This document shows positions 18,564 through 27,867 of a DNA stretch of 64,000 bases, one piece after another. A program made the translations under genes and the position numbers. Position 1 is the stretch's first letter, and each line of letters opens with the position of its first letter. The DNA comes from a bacterium (GTDB lineage: Bacteria > Armatimonadota > Fimbriimonadia > Fimbriimonadales > Fimbriimonadaceae), in NCBI GenBank assembly GCA_027485645.1, contig JAIXQR010000001.1, positions 363,632-427,631 of the forward strand. Direction: 5' to 3'. Under the pieces are notes generated by a model, which worked only from the letters and a program-made list of their open reading frames with translations, made no database searches and was not told the origin of the DNA.

Positions 18564-19676
18564 ATGAGAGTTCCCTTTTACGATATTAAGGCGCAGTACG
18601 ACGAGCTGAAATCCGAAATGGATCGCGCCACGCTAGAAGTCATTTCCAGCGGCAAGTACATGCTCGGTGCAAACCACAACGCATTCGAATCCGAGATGGC
18701 CGCTCGGCACCGATGTAAACACGGCATTGCGCTCAACTCGGGCACCGACGCATTGCGCATCCTGATGGACGCCGTCGGCATCGGCCCTGGTGATGAAGTC
18801 ATCACCACCGCGTTCACTTTTGTAGCCAGCACGGAGACCATCGTTCAAGTTGGGGCCAGACCCGTGTTTGTCGACATCGAGCGAGACCATTTCATGATGG
18901 ATCCGGCGAAGATTGAGGCCGCCATCACGCCGAAGACAAAGGCGATCCTGCCGATCCACTTGTTTGGCCAGCTTGCCAACGTTGCCGAGATTCAGCGAAT
19001 TGCCGAGAAGTACGAGCTGATCATCATCGAGGACTCCGCCCAAGCGGTGGATTGCACCTACCAAGGTGTCCAGACCGGTAACTTCGGCGTCGGAGCCGGA
19101 TTCAGTTTCTATGTCACCAAGAACCTCGGCGCCGCTGGCGATGCCGGCATGATCGTGACCAACGACGACGAGATTGCCGAAAAGTGCCGCGCGATCCGCA
19201 TCCACGGCATGGGCCGCGAGCGCTATTACTACGACTACGTCGGCTACACCTCACGAATGGACGAAGTCCAAGCCGCCGTGCTTCGGGTCAAGTTGACTCA
19301 GCTCGACACCTGGAACCGACGCCGAGCCCAACTCGCCGCCATTTACAACGAAGAGCTGCGCGACACCGGCATCAAGCTGCCTTTCACCGCAACCGGAAAC
19401 AATCACACGTGGCACCAGTACAGCGTGCTGACCGATCGACGAGACGAGCTTCAGGCGTTCCTCAAGAGTCACGAAGTCGACTCGATGATTTACTACCCGG
19501 TGCCGCTGCACTATCACGCCCCGTACCAGCACTTGGCCGAAGGGCATGGTTCGTTGCCAGTAACCGAAGAAGTGGCCCGCCAGATTTTGAACCTTCCGAT
19601 CCAACCGCACCTCACCGATGAACAAGTTCGGCACACCTGTGCAATGGTGCGGGAGTTCACCACCGTCCGCGCATAA
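18564..19676 (+). CDS. DegT/DnrJ/EryC1/StrS nucleotide-sugar aminotransferase
   Basis: 'NSGTDAL', 'EDSAQA', PLP lysine in 'SFYVTKNLG'. Confidence 0.94.
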   Translation: MRVPFYDIKAQYDELKSEMDRATLEVISSGKYMLGANHNAFESEMAARHRCKHGIALNSGTDALRILMDAVGIGPGDEVITTAFTFVASTETIVQVGARPVFVDIERDHFMMDPAKIEAAITPKTKAILPIHLFGQLANVAEIQRIAEKYELIIIEDSAQAVDCTYQGVQTGNFGVGAGFSFYVTKNLGAAGDAGMIVTNDDEIAEKCRAIRIHGMGRERYYYDYVGYTSRMDEVQAAVLRVKLTQLDTWNRRRAQLAAIYNEELRDTGIKLPFTATGNNHTWHQYSVLTDRRDELQAFLKSHEVDSMIYYPVPLHYHAPYQHLAEGHGSLPVTEEVARQILNLPIQPHLTDEQVRHTCAMVREFTTVRA

Positions 19677-19678
19677 GC

Positions 19679-20698
19679 ATGCTGAGGGTCGAAATCTGGG
19701 ACACCCTAGATTCCGGCTGGAATCGCGAGGAATGGAACGAGCTTGTCGCGGTTGATCCCCTGGCAACTGTCTTTCAGTCGTCCGAGTGGCTACAGGCTCA
19801 CGCAGAAACAGCGAACACACGTGTCCGCTGGGTCGTAGTTCGGCGCGATCGGCAACCGACCTGCGGGGCCGCCATTACGATGACAAGTTTTGGGTTGCGG
19901 TTTGCGGGTGGAACGTTCTCGGATGTTAGAGGACCCCTTGTTCGACCCGGCGCGGAGCAAGACCTTGATTTGCTTTACAGGCATCTATTCGAGACCCTGT
20001 CGTCGGTCGATTTGCGGGAAACCGTTCCCGAGCGTGGACCGCAGGGCACCTTGACTCTGCCAGATTCCGTGCGTTGGCAAATCCAGCTTCCTTCAACGTT
20101 CGAGGCGTACTTGGGAACGCTGGGCAAAAGCTTGCGGGCGGACATCAAGCGGGCTGCGCGGCCCAATGCGCTGGTGGTGGAGCCGATGGTTGGTAGCGAG
20201 AGGCTCGCGGGCTTTGAGCAGCTAGTCGCCCTGCATCAAGCTCGGTGGAAGAAGAGATGGATGCCCGGTTCTTTTCGCGGGCGGGCTTTAAAGTTCCACC
20301 GGCGGTTTTTGCAATTGGCAAGCGAAGAGCAGGCAATGATTTGGAGAGCCACCGACGCCGAATCCAAGCAGCCGGTCGGCTATCTGTACTCGCTTCGTCA
20401 TCAAAAGACCACCAGCTATTACCAAGCTGGAATCGATCCCGCGAACACGAAGTATTCCCCTGGTAGCTCGTTGGTGGCCGCCGCCATCCAAGACGCCATT
20501 TCTCGTGGAGACGATACGTTCGATCTGTTGCGAGGAGAAGAGCCGTACAAGCTCCGTTGGAAACCGCAACGACGAATCGTAAACCAGCGTTATCTCTTTC
20601 AAGGGGACGGATGGATCAATCAGCGGTCGTTGGCAATACGGCGCGAACTTGCCCTCTGGGAGCGCGGAGTCAAGTCCATCCTGGAGCGGGGACGGTGA
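19679..20698 (+). CDS. GNAT N-acetyltransferase (CelD/BcsL-like)
   Basis: 'TVFQSSEWL', 'YYQAGIDP', 'SPGSSL', 'FDLLRGEEPYK..W'. Confidence 0.85.
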   Translation: MLRVEIWDTLDSGWNREEWNELVAVDPLATVFQSSEWLQAHAETANTRVRWVVVRRDRQPTCGAAITMTSFGLRFAGGTFSDVRGPLVRPGAEQDLDLLYRHLFETLSSVDLRETVPERGPQGTLTLPDSVRWQIQLPSTFEAYLGTLGKSLRADIKRAARPNALVVEPMVGSERLAGFEQLVALHQARWKKRWMPGSFRGRALKFHRRFLQLASEEQAMIWRATDAESKQPVGYLYSLRHQKTTSYYQAGIDPANTKYSPGSSLVAAAIQDAISRGDDTFDLLRGEEPYKLRWKPQRRIVNQRYLFQGDGWINQRSLAIRRELALWERGVKSILERGR

Positions 20699-21366
20699 AC
20701 TGGGACCGCCGAGTGGCCGTTGTACTGCCTGCCTACAACGAGGAACCGCGAATCTCGTTCGTTTTACAAGGGGTTTTGTCCTCGAACGTGCCAGATGAAG
20801 TGATCGTGGTTTGCGATGGCTGCACGGACGGCACCGCGACCATCGCTAGGCGATTTGAAGGGGTCGGGGTCATCGAGCTCGAGGTGAACCACGGTAAAGC
20901 CGCCGCGATGATGAAGGCGGTGCAATCTTCGCAGGCCGACATTTTCTTGTTCCTTGATGCCGATCTTCTGGGCTTGCGGGCCCGGCACGTGCGCGACCTC
21001 TTAGAACCGGTGCTTGCCGGAGAAGTTGGAATGACGATCGGCATTTTTCAGGGCGGAAAGTTCTGGAGCGACCTGGGGCATAAAATTTCCCCAAACCTCA
21101 GCGGCCAGCGAGCCATGACCCGGGAGTTCATTTCGAAGCTGGACCAAGCCGAAACTCTCGGAATGGGAGTCGAGATCGCGTTGAACCAAATGGCCAATCG
21201 AGCGGGAATCGTGGTGCAACGCGTGACGCTGCACGGGGTCTCCAATTTTCACAAAGAAGCGAAGCTGGGGCTGCTCAGAGGACTTGGTGCCCGCGCGCGG
21301 ATGTATCGGGAAGTCGGCCGCTCTTGGCTAAAGAATCGTGGCGGCTGGCGAGTTCGACATCGTTGA
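20695..21366 (+). CDS. Glycosyltransferase family 2
   Basis: 'LPAYNEE', 'VCDGCTD', 'NHGKAAAM', DxD 'LDADL', 'LSGQRAM'; GTG start overlaps the GNAT stop. Confidence 0.9.
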   Translation: MNWDRRVAVVLPAYNEEPRISFVLQGVLSSNVPDEVIVVCDGCTDGTATIARRFEGVGVIELEVNHGKAAAMMKAVQSSQADIFLFLDADLLGLRARHVRDLLEPVLAGEVGMTIGIFQGGKFWSDLGHKISPNLSGQRAMTREFISKLDQAETLGMGVEIALNQMANRAGIVVQRVTLHGVSNFHKEAKLGLLRGLGARARMYREVGRSWLKNRGGWRVRHR

Positions 21367-21528
21367 TGTCCCCGAAAACCAGTCCCTGTACTCCGTACTT
21401 CTGCGAAGTCCAACTTCCTGAGCCCGTGCTGATCCCGTTCAACCCCTCCTCTCCCTAGCCGGGCTCAATCACCAATTCAAGAATCTGCCGTACATCTGAC
21501 CGGAGGCGCGACGTCTGGTAGCTTAACA

Positions 21529-23118
21529 ATGATGCTGGCGGCTTCGATTCTGTGTGCGGTGGCGATGGCTCCGAGGACCTTGAGCTTGCCTCCTTCGGTG
21601 CATCCGGAGTTTGCCAAAGCAGCGAAGGCGGTTGCCGGCGCAACGCAAGCTGGAGACTTCGATAAAGCCAAGAGACTTCTGAGCTGGCTTCCAGGCGAGG
21701 TTATCACCGTCGAATGGGACGATCAAAAGGTTCCAGCCAAGTACCGGCGCGAATACCGGCGCGGATTTGAGGATGCGCTCAAAGAATGGTCCTCGGTCCG
21801 CAATGGGCCGATGTTTGCCGAAGAGAAAGGCGGACTCGTCAAGTTCACCTTTGAGAAGGAACTCGCAGAATCGGATGTCCCGGGCGTGCCCCTCGGTGCA
21901 GCATCGTTCTTTAAGGATAAAGCGACTCCGCGGCTGGAAGTGGTGCTCGGCCTCAGCCGTGGGCCAGCGCGGGCCAGGACCGAAGGGATCGAGATTCGCA
22001 ACGAGGTTTTGGCAGGACTTGCTCAGGCCATGGGCTTTTCACCGAATCCTCTGTTTGGCTTTGCTTCTTCGCGAACGGACCTGAATGCCAATCTGCCGAT
22101 CGGGATATTTCCGGGCGATATTCGGCAATACCAAGCAAACCGCCTCCTCGTCTCCGAGCTTGCTGCGGCGGTGGAAGCTAAAGAGACCGTCAACATTCCG
22201 GACGGCAAGTACTCCCTAGATCGCGACTCCGTGGATGCCGGCACGGTGACCGAGGGTGACAAGGCGAACTTCACTTTCCAACTTTCGAACCCGGGAGACG
22301 GTCCTCTGATCTACCGAACCGGAGCAGACTGCGGTTGCGTGATCCCGCCGAAACCGGGCGAAGTTGCGCCGGGCGGATCCACCATTCTGGTCGCGCAGAT
22401 CGACACCCGCGGTTTTCCCGGCGATCTTCAGAAGAAGGTCATTCTTTACACAAACGATCCCGAGCGACCCACTCGCACGCTGAACTTGAGGGTGCGAAGT
22501 CGGCCCGTTTTTCGATGGATCATGCCTAGCGGCAACACCGTTTCGGTGGAAGACGGTTGGCCAGATTCGGCGATTTACTTCTTCGCTCCGGATACCGCCA
22601 CGCTGGACTGGAATGACCTGAAGGTCGAAGGAGTCGTGGCCACGGCGACCGCCGAACCTTGGTCCGGCGAACTTGCCGATCCCGAGATGAGTGAACCAGC
22701 AGTCGCACGAAAGGGCTGGAAAGTCAAGCTAGACGTGAAGCCAGAAACCGTCTTAGGAAAGACCTTAGTCACCGTCTCAATTCCAAACCCAGACCCAACA
22801 AAGGCGCGAATTTCGCTTCCGTTCTTCGTTCAGCGTGGGATTCTGGTGAGTCCGTCTGAGGTCTATTTTGGAGAGACTTCGGTCGGGCGAAGCGCGACCT
22901 TCTCGGTATCTCGACCGAAGCCATTTGTGGTCACGGAGGCGAAGAGCGAATCACCGTCTTTCAAAGTCGAAACGATCAAAGTTAGCCCGACGGAGCTCAC
23001 CTTCAAAGTGATCTATCAAGGGGCTCAGACCGGAGAGTTTCGCAGCCGGATCATCCTCAAGACGGACGATCCAAAGCAACCGGTCATCATCGTGCCCATT
23101 TCTGGAATCGCCGCATGA
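21529..23118 (+). CDS. Secreted DUF1573 domain protein (Ig-like domains; N-terminal degenerate metzincin-like region)
   Basis: 'FTFQLSNPGDGPL....ADCGC....APGGS...DTRGF.GD.QK...YTNDP' is typical of DUF1573; signal peptide; start 21529 or 21532. Confidence 0.75.
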   Translation: MMLAASILCAVAMAPRTLSLPPSVHPEFAKAAKAVAGATQAGDFDKAKRLLSWLPGEVITVEWDDQKVPAKYRREYRRGFEDALKEWSSVRNGPMFAEEKGGLVKFTFEKELAESDVPGVPLGAASFFKDKATPRLEVVLGLSRGPARARTEGIEIRNEVLAGLAQAMGFSPNPLFGFASSRTDLNANLPIGIFPGDIRQYQANRLLVSELAAAVEAKETVNIPDGKYSLDRDSVDAGTVTEGDKANFTFQLSNPGDGPLIYRTGADCGCVIPPKPGEVAPGGSTILVAQIDTRGFPGDLQKKVILYTNDPERPTRTLNLRVRSRPVFRWIMPSGNTVSVEDGWPDSAIYFFAPDTATLDWNDLKVEGVVATATAEPWSGELADPEMSEPAVARKGWKVKLDVKPETVLGKTLVTVSIPNPDPTKARISLPFFVQRGILVSPSEVYFGETSVGRSATFSVSRPKPFVVTEAKSESPSFKVETIKVSPTELTFKVIYQGAQTGEFRSRIILKTDDPKQPVIIVPISGIAA

Positions 23119-24374
23119 AAATCGGTCTGTGGCCGATTGCGGTCGTTTCAGCGCTGGCCTTGGGCTTGGCGGCTCGGCCGGTGGATGAAACTACCGTTGT
23201 AGTGTCCGGAGCGACGAGGGGCTATCTTGCCCCTTGCGGCTGCACCAAGCCCATGTCTGGCGGTCTTCGCCGCCGCATGGCGACCGTGCGGCAATTGAGC
23301 CAGGGCGGTAAAGCCCTCGTCCTCGATACCGGGGAGTTTGTAACGGGAATCGGGCCACAGGACGTGCTCAAGGCTCAAACCGTGGCGGCGGCCATGCGGA
23401 CCGCTCCGCTTGATCTTGTTGCCTACACCCCAAGTGAGGCCCGTTTGGGCAGCGACACCTTGGGTCAGATTCAAGAACTGGTCGGCGGAAAACTTCACTC
23501 CTCCACGTGTCTTGAATCGGCTTACTCGCTTCCGCAACCGATCGCGAAAGGGACGGTGCTCGCGATAAGCGTCGAAACCGGGGCAGGGGAAGCTCGCTCT
23601 TGGCGCGAAGTGCTTCGCGAGGTGGATGAACAGGCCGGGGAAGAGCGGCGCGGGGTTGTGGTGCTGTTCGGCGGGGACCGAGACTTGGCAAAGGAGGCCG
23701 CCGCATCGATTCAAGCACCCACGGTTTTGGTCTATCGAAGTAAGGAAGATGCCCCTACGGAGCCGATCCGAGTAGGCAAGAACTGGCTCGTGACCCCAGG
23801 AGACCTTGGCAAGACCGTTCTCGGTTTCGCTTTCCGGGATGGGGAGTGGCAGCAGTACCGCGTGCACCGCCTCGGGCCAGACGTGAATGATGATCCACAG
23901 ACCGCGCGGTTATACCGGCAGTACCTACAGCGAGTCGGCGATGCGGGCCTTTTCGAAAAACTTGCTCGCACCGCCGCGCAAGGGTTCGTTGGCTCGGATA
24001 AGTGCGCCTCATGCCACAAAGAAATCTACAAGCACTGGCAAAAGACCGCTCACGCATCGGCGATGCCGACGCTCAAGCGAGATGGTCACGACCGTGATCC
24101 GGATTGCGTTTCTTGCCACGCGGTTGGAACTCACGCCGCTGACGGATACTTCTCAGAAGAGCGGACCCCTGCGCTGGCTAACGTTGGCTGCGAATCTTGC
24201 CACGGTCCTGGAAAGGCGCATGTCACCGATTGGAGGCAGAAAACGATATCTCAATCCGCCGAAACTTGCACTCAATGCCACTCGCGACAAACGAGTCCAA
24301 ATTTTGATTTCTTAACATATTGGAATAAGGTCAAACATCCGCTGGGGAAAACCGGGGGAAAACCAAAGCGATAG
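23115..24374 (+). CDS. Tetraheme c-type cytochrome (c554-like) with N-terminal UshA/5'-nucleotidase-like domain
   Basis: Four CxxCH motifs (CASCH, CVSCH, CESCH, CTQCH); N-terminal 'GYLAPCGCTKPMSGGLRRR'; signal peptide. Confidence 0.85.
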   Translation: MKIGLWPIAVVSALALGLAARPVDETTVVVSGATRGYLAPCGCTKPMSGGLRRRMATVRQLSQGGKALVLDTGEFVTGIGPQDVLKAQTVAAAMRTAPLDLVAYTPSEARLGSDTLGQIQELVGGKLHSSTCLESAYSLPQPIAKGTVLAISVETGAGEARSWREVLREVDEQAGEERRGVVVLFGGDRDLAKEAAASIQAPTVLVYRSKEDAPTEPIRVGKNWLVTPGDLGKTVLGFAFRDGEWQQYRVHRLGPDVNDDPQTARLYRQYLQRVGDAGLFEKLARTAAQGFVGSDKCASCHKEIYKHWQKTAHASAMPTLKRDGHDRDPDCVSCHAVGTHAADGYFSEERTPALANVGCESCHGPGKAHVTDWRQKTISQSAETCTQCHSRQTSPNFDFLTYWNKVKHPLGKTGGKPKR

Positions 24375-24383
24375 AAATTTACT

Positions 24384-24420
24384 GAAAATCGAGAATAACG
24401 TCGAAAATCGCTGATAATCG
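24384..24420. repeat. Four phased 8-bp direct repeats (GAAAATCG-like)
   Basis: GAAAATCG 24384, GAATAACG 24393, GAAAATCG 24403, GATAATCG 24413. Confidence 0.65.
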
Positions 24421-24467
24421 ATCATATTTTGAGACCGTTGAAGCTAATGAATTCCGATAAACCGCCC

Positions 24468-24496
24468 TTGACGCCCGATTATTCACCGTGCACAAT
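24468..24496 (+). promoter_or_regulatory. Sigma70-like promoter of the DnaA-like gene, with a near-DnaA box in the spacer
   Basis: TTGACG-17 nt-tgCACAAT; TTATTCACC (24479-24487) is one mismatch from TTATNCACA. Confidence 0.55.
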
Positions 24497-24519
24497 ATGA
24501 GGCGGGGGAGATTTCCAAT

Positions 24520-25527
24520 TTGGAAATCGTTAATAGAATGGCATTGCTTAATGAAGAATCATCAGAAGGCGGTCCCAAACTTTCCGATGTATTGTTCGAT
24601 GCGCCTAGCGAAGCCACCTCGTTAGCAACCCTTGGTTCGAACTACGAAGCCATCGAGGCAGGCCGCCTTTTTTCTGCTGGGCACGAGAGCTTTCTCGCCA
24701 TCGTCGGCCCAAGCGGCTGGGGGAAGAGCCACCTTCTCGACGTCCTCGCAAAGCGAATGGATATCGCCGAATCCAACTTGGTGCGCCGTTGGACGGCAAG
24801 TGATTACTTGCACTCGCCGAGCAAGCACGATCCTGCGTTGCCGCTATTGCTGGACGACGTTCAGGAAGTTCTTGCCAGGACCAAAGCGCGAATTGAACTT
24901 CGAGTGGTCCTGGAGCGGCGCGTCCGTGCTGGCCGGCCAACCGCGCTCTCCTTCACGATGGATGAGCCGAACCGAACGCTCCGGTCGTTCTTGCCCAACT
25001 CTCGCAGCTGGTCGATCGCAAAGATTCGCGAAGCCAATGCTCACGAGCGGATCACTTTGATCGAACGGATGGGCGCGGCGGAAGGGCTGTACATGTCTGG
25101 CTCGCTTGTTAAAATCATCGCGCACCACATGAACGGCGACGGACGAACTCTAGCTGGTGCACTCAAGCGGCTGCGGTTGTCTGGCCATGCCTGGCTCGAC
25201 GCCCGTGCAACGCTACGGGCGCTTGGCGTTCTGGATCCGTACTTTGCCGACAACCCAACTTGGGACCTGCGAATGCGCATTGCGAAAGTCGGCGGACAGC
25301 TGCTGGACCGGCTTGGCGGAATCGAGGCGTTTGACCTGGCGGTTTACACGATGTTGTATGAGGCTGGCTTGGCCGAATCGGGAATCTCCGGAACCCTCGG
25401 GCTGAAGCCGGTCGAGGTTTATCAGCGCGCTTCTCGCGTGCAGCAGGAGATCTGCATCAATCCCGACGTCCACCGAGCTGTGCTCCACTTCGTGGGTCTT
25501 GTGGTGGATTCGTTCACTTTTCCCTAA
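24520..25527 (+). CDS. DnaA/Hda-family AAA+ protein (N-terminally truncated DnaA paralog)
   Basis: Walker A GPSGWGKSHLL, Walker B LLLDDVQ, 'R.L.GAL.RL', degenerate domain-IV-like helix-turn-helix; no domain I/II. Confidence 0.75.
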   Translation: MEIVNRMALLNEESSEGGPKLSDVLFDAPSEATSLATLGSNYEAIEAGRLFSAGHESFLAIVGPSGWGKSHLLDVLAKRMDIAESNLVRRWTASDYLHSPSKHDPALPLLLDDVQEVLARTKARIELRVVLERRVRAGRPTALSFTMDEPNRTLRSFLPNSRSWSIAKIREANAHERITLIERMGAAEGLYMSGSLVKIIAHHMNGDGRTLAGALKRLRLSGHAWLDARATLRALGVLDPYFADNPTWDLRMRIAKVGGQLLDRLGGIEAFDLAVYTMLYEAGLAESGISGTLGLKPVEVYQRASRVQQEICINPDVHRAVLHFVGLVVDSFTFP

Positions 25528-25564
25528 AAATTTAAGGAAAAACGGTTGGTTTTCCTCGACAATA

Positions 25565-25582
25565 TGATATAACCGTATATCA
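25565..25582. promoter_or_regulatory. Palindromic operator candidate, LacI module 1
   Basis: TGATATA-ACCG-TATATCA, a perfect 7-4-7 inverted repeat ending 3 nt before the LacI ATG; recurs at 27868. Confidence 0.75.
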
Positions 25583-25585
25583 GGA

Positions 25586-26620
25586 ATGTCGAAGAAGACT
25601 TCGGTTACGATGCGTGACGTGGCGTTAGCTGCAGGAGTGAGTCCTATGTCGGTCTCAAAGGTCCTCCATGGTCGCGGCGTTAACGTTCGGGTCAGTGAGG
25701 GCACGGCGGCCACAATTCGCAAAATCGCGCTGGAGCTGGACTATCGTCCAAACGTGCTCGCAAGAAATCTCCGAAGTCGCAGCACTCGGACCATCGGTCT
25801 TGTCCTAGAAACTGTCCCTGATCTCACCGGAACCGTTCGATATTTCGCCGAACTTCTCGATGGCGTCACTCGGATGGCCTTCCAGAGCGACTATAGCCTG
25901 ACGCTTTGCAACAGTCTTATCGGTGCCGGGACCGTTAGCCAGATGAGCGATGGACGCTTTGATGGGCTGCTTTGGTGCCGAGGAAACTACGGCGACGATT
26001 TGGTCCAAGCCGCAAGAAACGCGAACTTGCCGGTCGTGATCATGCACCAGCCAGACCGGATTCTTAATCCGGATATTTCGTGCATTTCTTGGGACAACAT
26101 CGGCGCGGCGAAGCTTGCCACGGAGCACTTGATCGGCCTAGGCCATCGAAAGATCGCCTTTATGGTTCCGACGCGATCGATGAAGAACCCAGAAGCTTGC
26201 CTCCGCAAGGCGTCTTTCTTCGAAACCGCGGCGCAACATGGTGTTGAAGCCGGCGAAGCTGACGTACTCAATTGGTCCGATGACGCTTCCGAGTTTGGCG
26301 AGTGGTGGAAAGCAAATCGCGACTACACCGCAATCATGTCTTGGAACGAGTCCTGCGCCATCGCCATTCTGGGGCAAGCTCGTCTCCATGGTGTCAGCGT
26401 GCCGGAGCAGCTTTCGGTCCTTGGCTTCGACAGCTCCAGCCAGTGCGACCTCACGCAGCCCCGCCTCACTTGTGTACACCAACCGCTCAGTGAGATGGCA
26501 ACTAAGGCCACCGAGATTTTAATCCACCGGATCGAATCGAAAGAAGCAGATCCACAGCACTTCGTCTATCCCAGTAGCCTGGACATCCGGGAATCTACTG
26601 CACGTCCGCCTCAAGGTTGA
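25586..26620 (+). CDS. LacI family transcriptional regulator (copy 1)
   Basis: HTH 'TMRDVALAAGVSPMSVSKVL', hinge 'LDYRPNVLARNL', 'VLGFDSS', 'LTCVHQP'. Confidence 0.96.
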   Translation: MSKKTSVTMRDVALAAGVSPMSVSKVLHGRGVNVRVSEGTAATIRKIALELDYRPNVLARNLRSRSTRTIGLVLETVPDLTGTVRYFAELLDGVTRMAFQSDYSLTLCNSLIGAGTVSQMSDGRFDGLLWCRGNYGDDLVQAARNANLPVVIMHQPDRILNPDISCISWDNIGAAKLATEHLIGLGHRKIAFMVPTRSMKNPEACLRKASFFETAAQHGVEAGEADVLNWSDDASEFGEWWKANRDYTAIMSWNESCAIAILGQARLHGVSVPEQLSVLGFDSSSQCDLTQPRLTCVHQPLSEMATKATEILIHRIESKEADPQHFVYPSSLDIRESTARPPQG

Positions 26621-26629
26621 GGACATTGC

Positions 26630-27457
26630 ATGAAAAAAGCATTCACACTTATCGAACTTCTCGTTGTCATCGCGATCATCGCGATCCTCGCAGCTATCCT
26701 CTTCCCAGTCTTCGCTCAGGCCAAGGCTGCTGCTAAGAAGACGCAGTCGCTCTCGAACGCTAAGCAGACCGGTCTCGCCGCTCTCATTTACTCTGGCGAC
26801 TATGACGACGTATTTCCTTTCGGTTCCGGTAACGACTGGTACTACCCGAACGGATCGTGGATCTGGTCCACCCAGCCATACATCAAGAACTACCCAATGC
26901 TCTTGGACCCATCGGACCCGAAGAGCAAGGCTTTCTGGCCAACTTGGTTCCCAGCAAACGCTCTCTCGATCTCTTACGCGGCTAACTCCGTGATCAAGTG
27001 GAACGGCACCGGCAACCAGGTCGTTGGTGTTATCAACATGCAGCAGACGTGGTACGGCGGTCCTTACACGGTCAGCCAGACGCAGGTTAACCGAGTTGCT
27101 GACACGGTTATGTTCGCGTCGCACTACTACGGAAACAACATCTGGGGCATGGGCGGTCTCATCACCGGCGCTCCATTCTGGGACTTCGCTGGCCCAACGA
27201 CTCACCCACAGGGTACGCCTCCTCCAGGCGCACCAGCTCGAACCGGTGGCAACTACACCGTTACGGGCATGAACGGCAGCACGGTCATCGTTAACAAGAA
27301 CGACCGATTCGGCTCCGTTGCTGTTTACGGCGACCAGGGAATCTTCGTATTCACCGACGGCCACGCCAAGACGATGAATCCGGTGGCGACGAACCCAGCT
27401 GAGCAGTATCAGCCAAACCTCGACACCCAGAACATGTGGAACTACACCCGAGATTGA
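26630..27457 (+). CDS. Prepilin-type N-terminal cleavage/methylation protein with H-X9-DG-like C-terminus (DUF1559-like)
   Basis: MKKA|[28 protein letters not shown]; C-terminal 'Y-x9-DGHAK'. Confidence 0.92.
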   Translation: MKKAFTLIELLVVIAIIAILAAILFPVFAQAKAAAKKTQSLSNAKQTGLAALIYSGDYDDVFPFGSGNDWYYPNGSWIWSTQPYIKNYPMLLDPSDPKSKAFWPTWFPANALSISYAANSVIKWNGTGNQVVGVINMQQTWYGGPYTVSQTQVNRVADTVMFASHYYGNNIWGMGGLITGAPFWDFAGPTTHPQGTPPPGAPARTGGNYTVTGMNGSTVIVNKNDRFGSVAVYGDQGIFVFTDGHAKTMNPVATNPAEQYQPNLDTQNMWNYTRD

Positions 27458-27699
27458 TGTTCAAGTTGGACTCAATTCGTAAGAACGCATTTCTTGCCCT
27501 TTCTGCGGTCGCCCTCGTGGCGGCCGTAGGCTGCGGTTCAGAATCTGGAGCTACGGCTGCAGAGGAAGCAACCTTCAAGGACGGCAAGAAGCCAGTAGTC
27601 ACGATTCCACCTGACGCAAACAAGCCACCAGCAAACTTCAAGAGCAGTCTTGATATGGGTGGCACCCCAGGCGGACCACCTCCTGGACAATCGAAGTAA
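27457..27699 (+). CDS. Small Pro/Gly-rich lipoprotein
   Basis: ATG overlaps the pilin TGA; lipobox AVGC; low-complexity mature part. Confidence 0.75.
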   Translation: MFKLDSIRKNAFLALSAVALVAAVGCGSESGATAAEEATFKDGKKPVVTIPPDANKPPANFKSSLDMGGTPGGPPPGQSK

Positions 27700-27726
27700 C
27701 TTCGGTTATCTCGTAAAAGGCATTGA

Positions 27727-27760
27727 AAGCCTCCGCCAGTTTGGCGGAGGCTTCTTTTTT
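27727..27760 (+). terminator. Intrinsic terminator ending module 1
   Basis: 12-bp stem AAGCCTCCGCCA/TGGCGGAGGCTT plus T6. Confidence 0.9.
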
Positions 27761-27867
27761 GTGCCGTAGGTTCTAAGTATCTTGGAAGACACCTGAAAAG
27801 CGACATTGCCAAAAAGTTCGCCGATTTTCAGATTTTTCAAAAAAAGTCTTGGCAAACCTTGCCGACT

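Noticed and set aside
23221-23260. Selenocysteine recoding in the UshA-like CGC motif (and in DUF1573 at about 22330)
   Set aside because: The codons are TGC, with no in-frame TGA.
24411-24430. Fur or FNR box (TGATAATCGATCA)
   Set aside because: Half-site spacing and sequence fit neither the Fur 7-1-7 pattern nor TTGAT-N4-ATCAA.
24375-24520. oriC next to the DnaA-like gene
   Set aside because: Only one near-consensus DnaA box, no dnaN or recF, and the protein is not a full-length DnaA.
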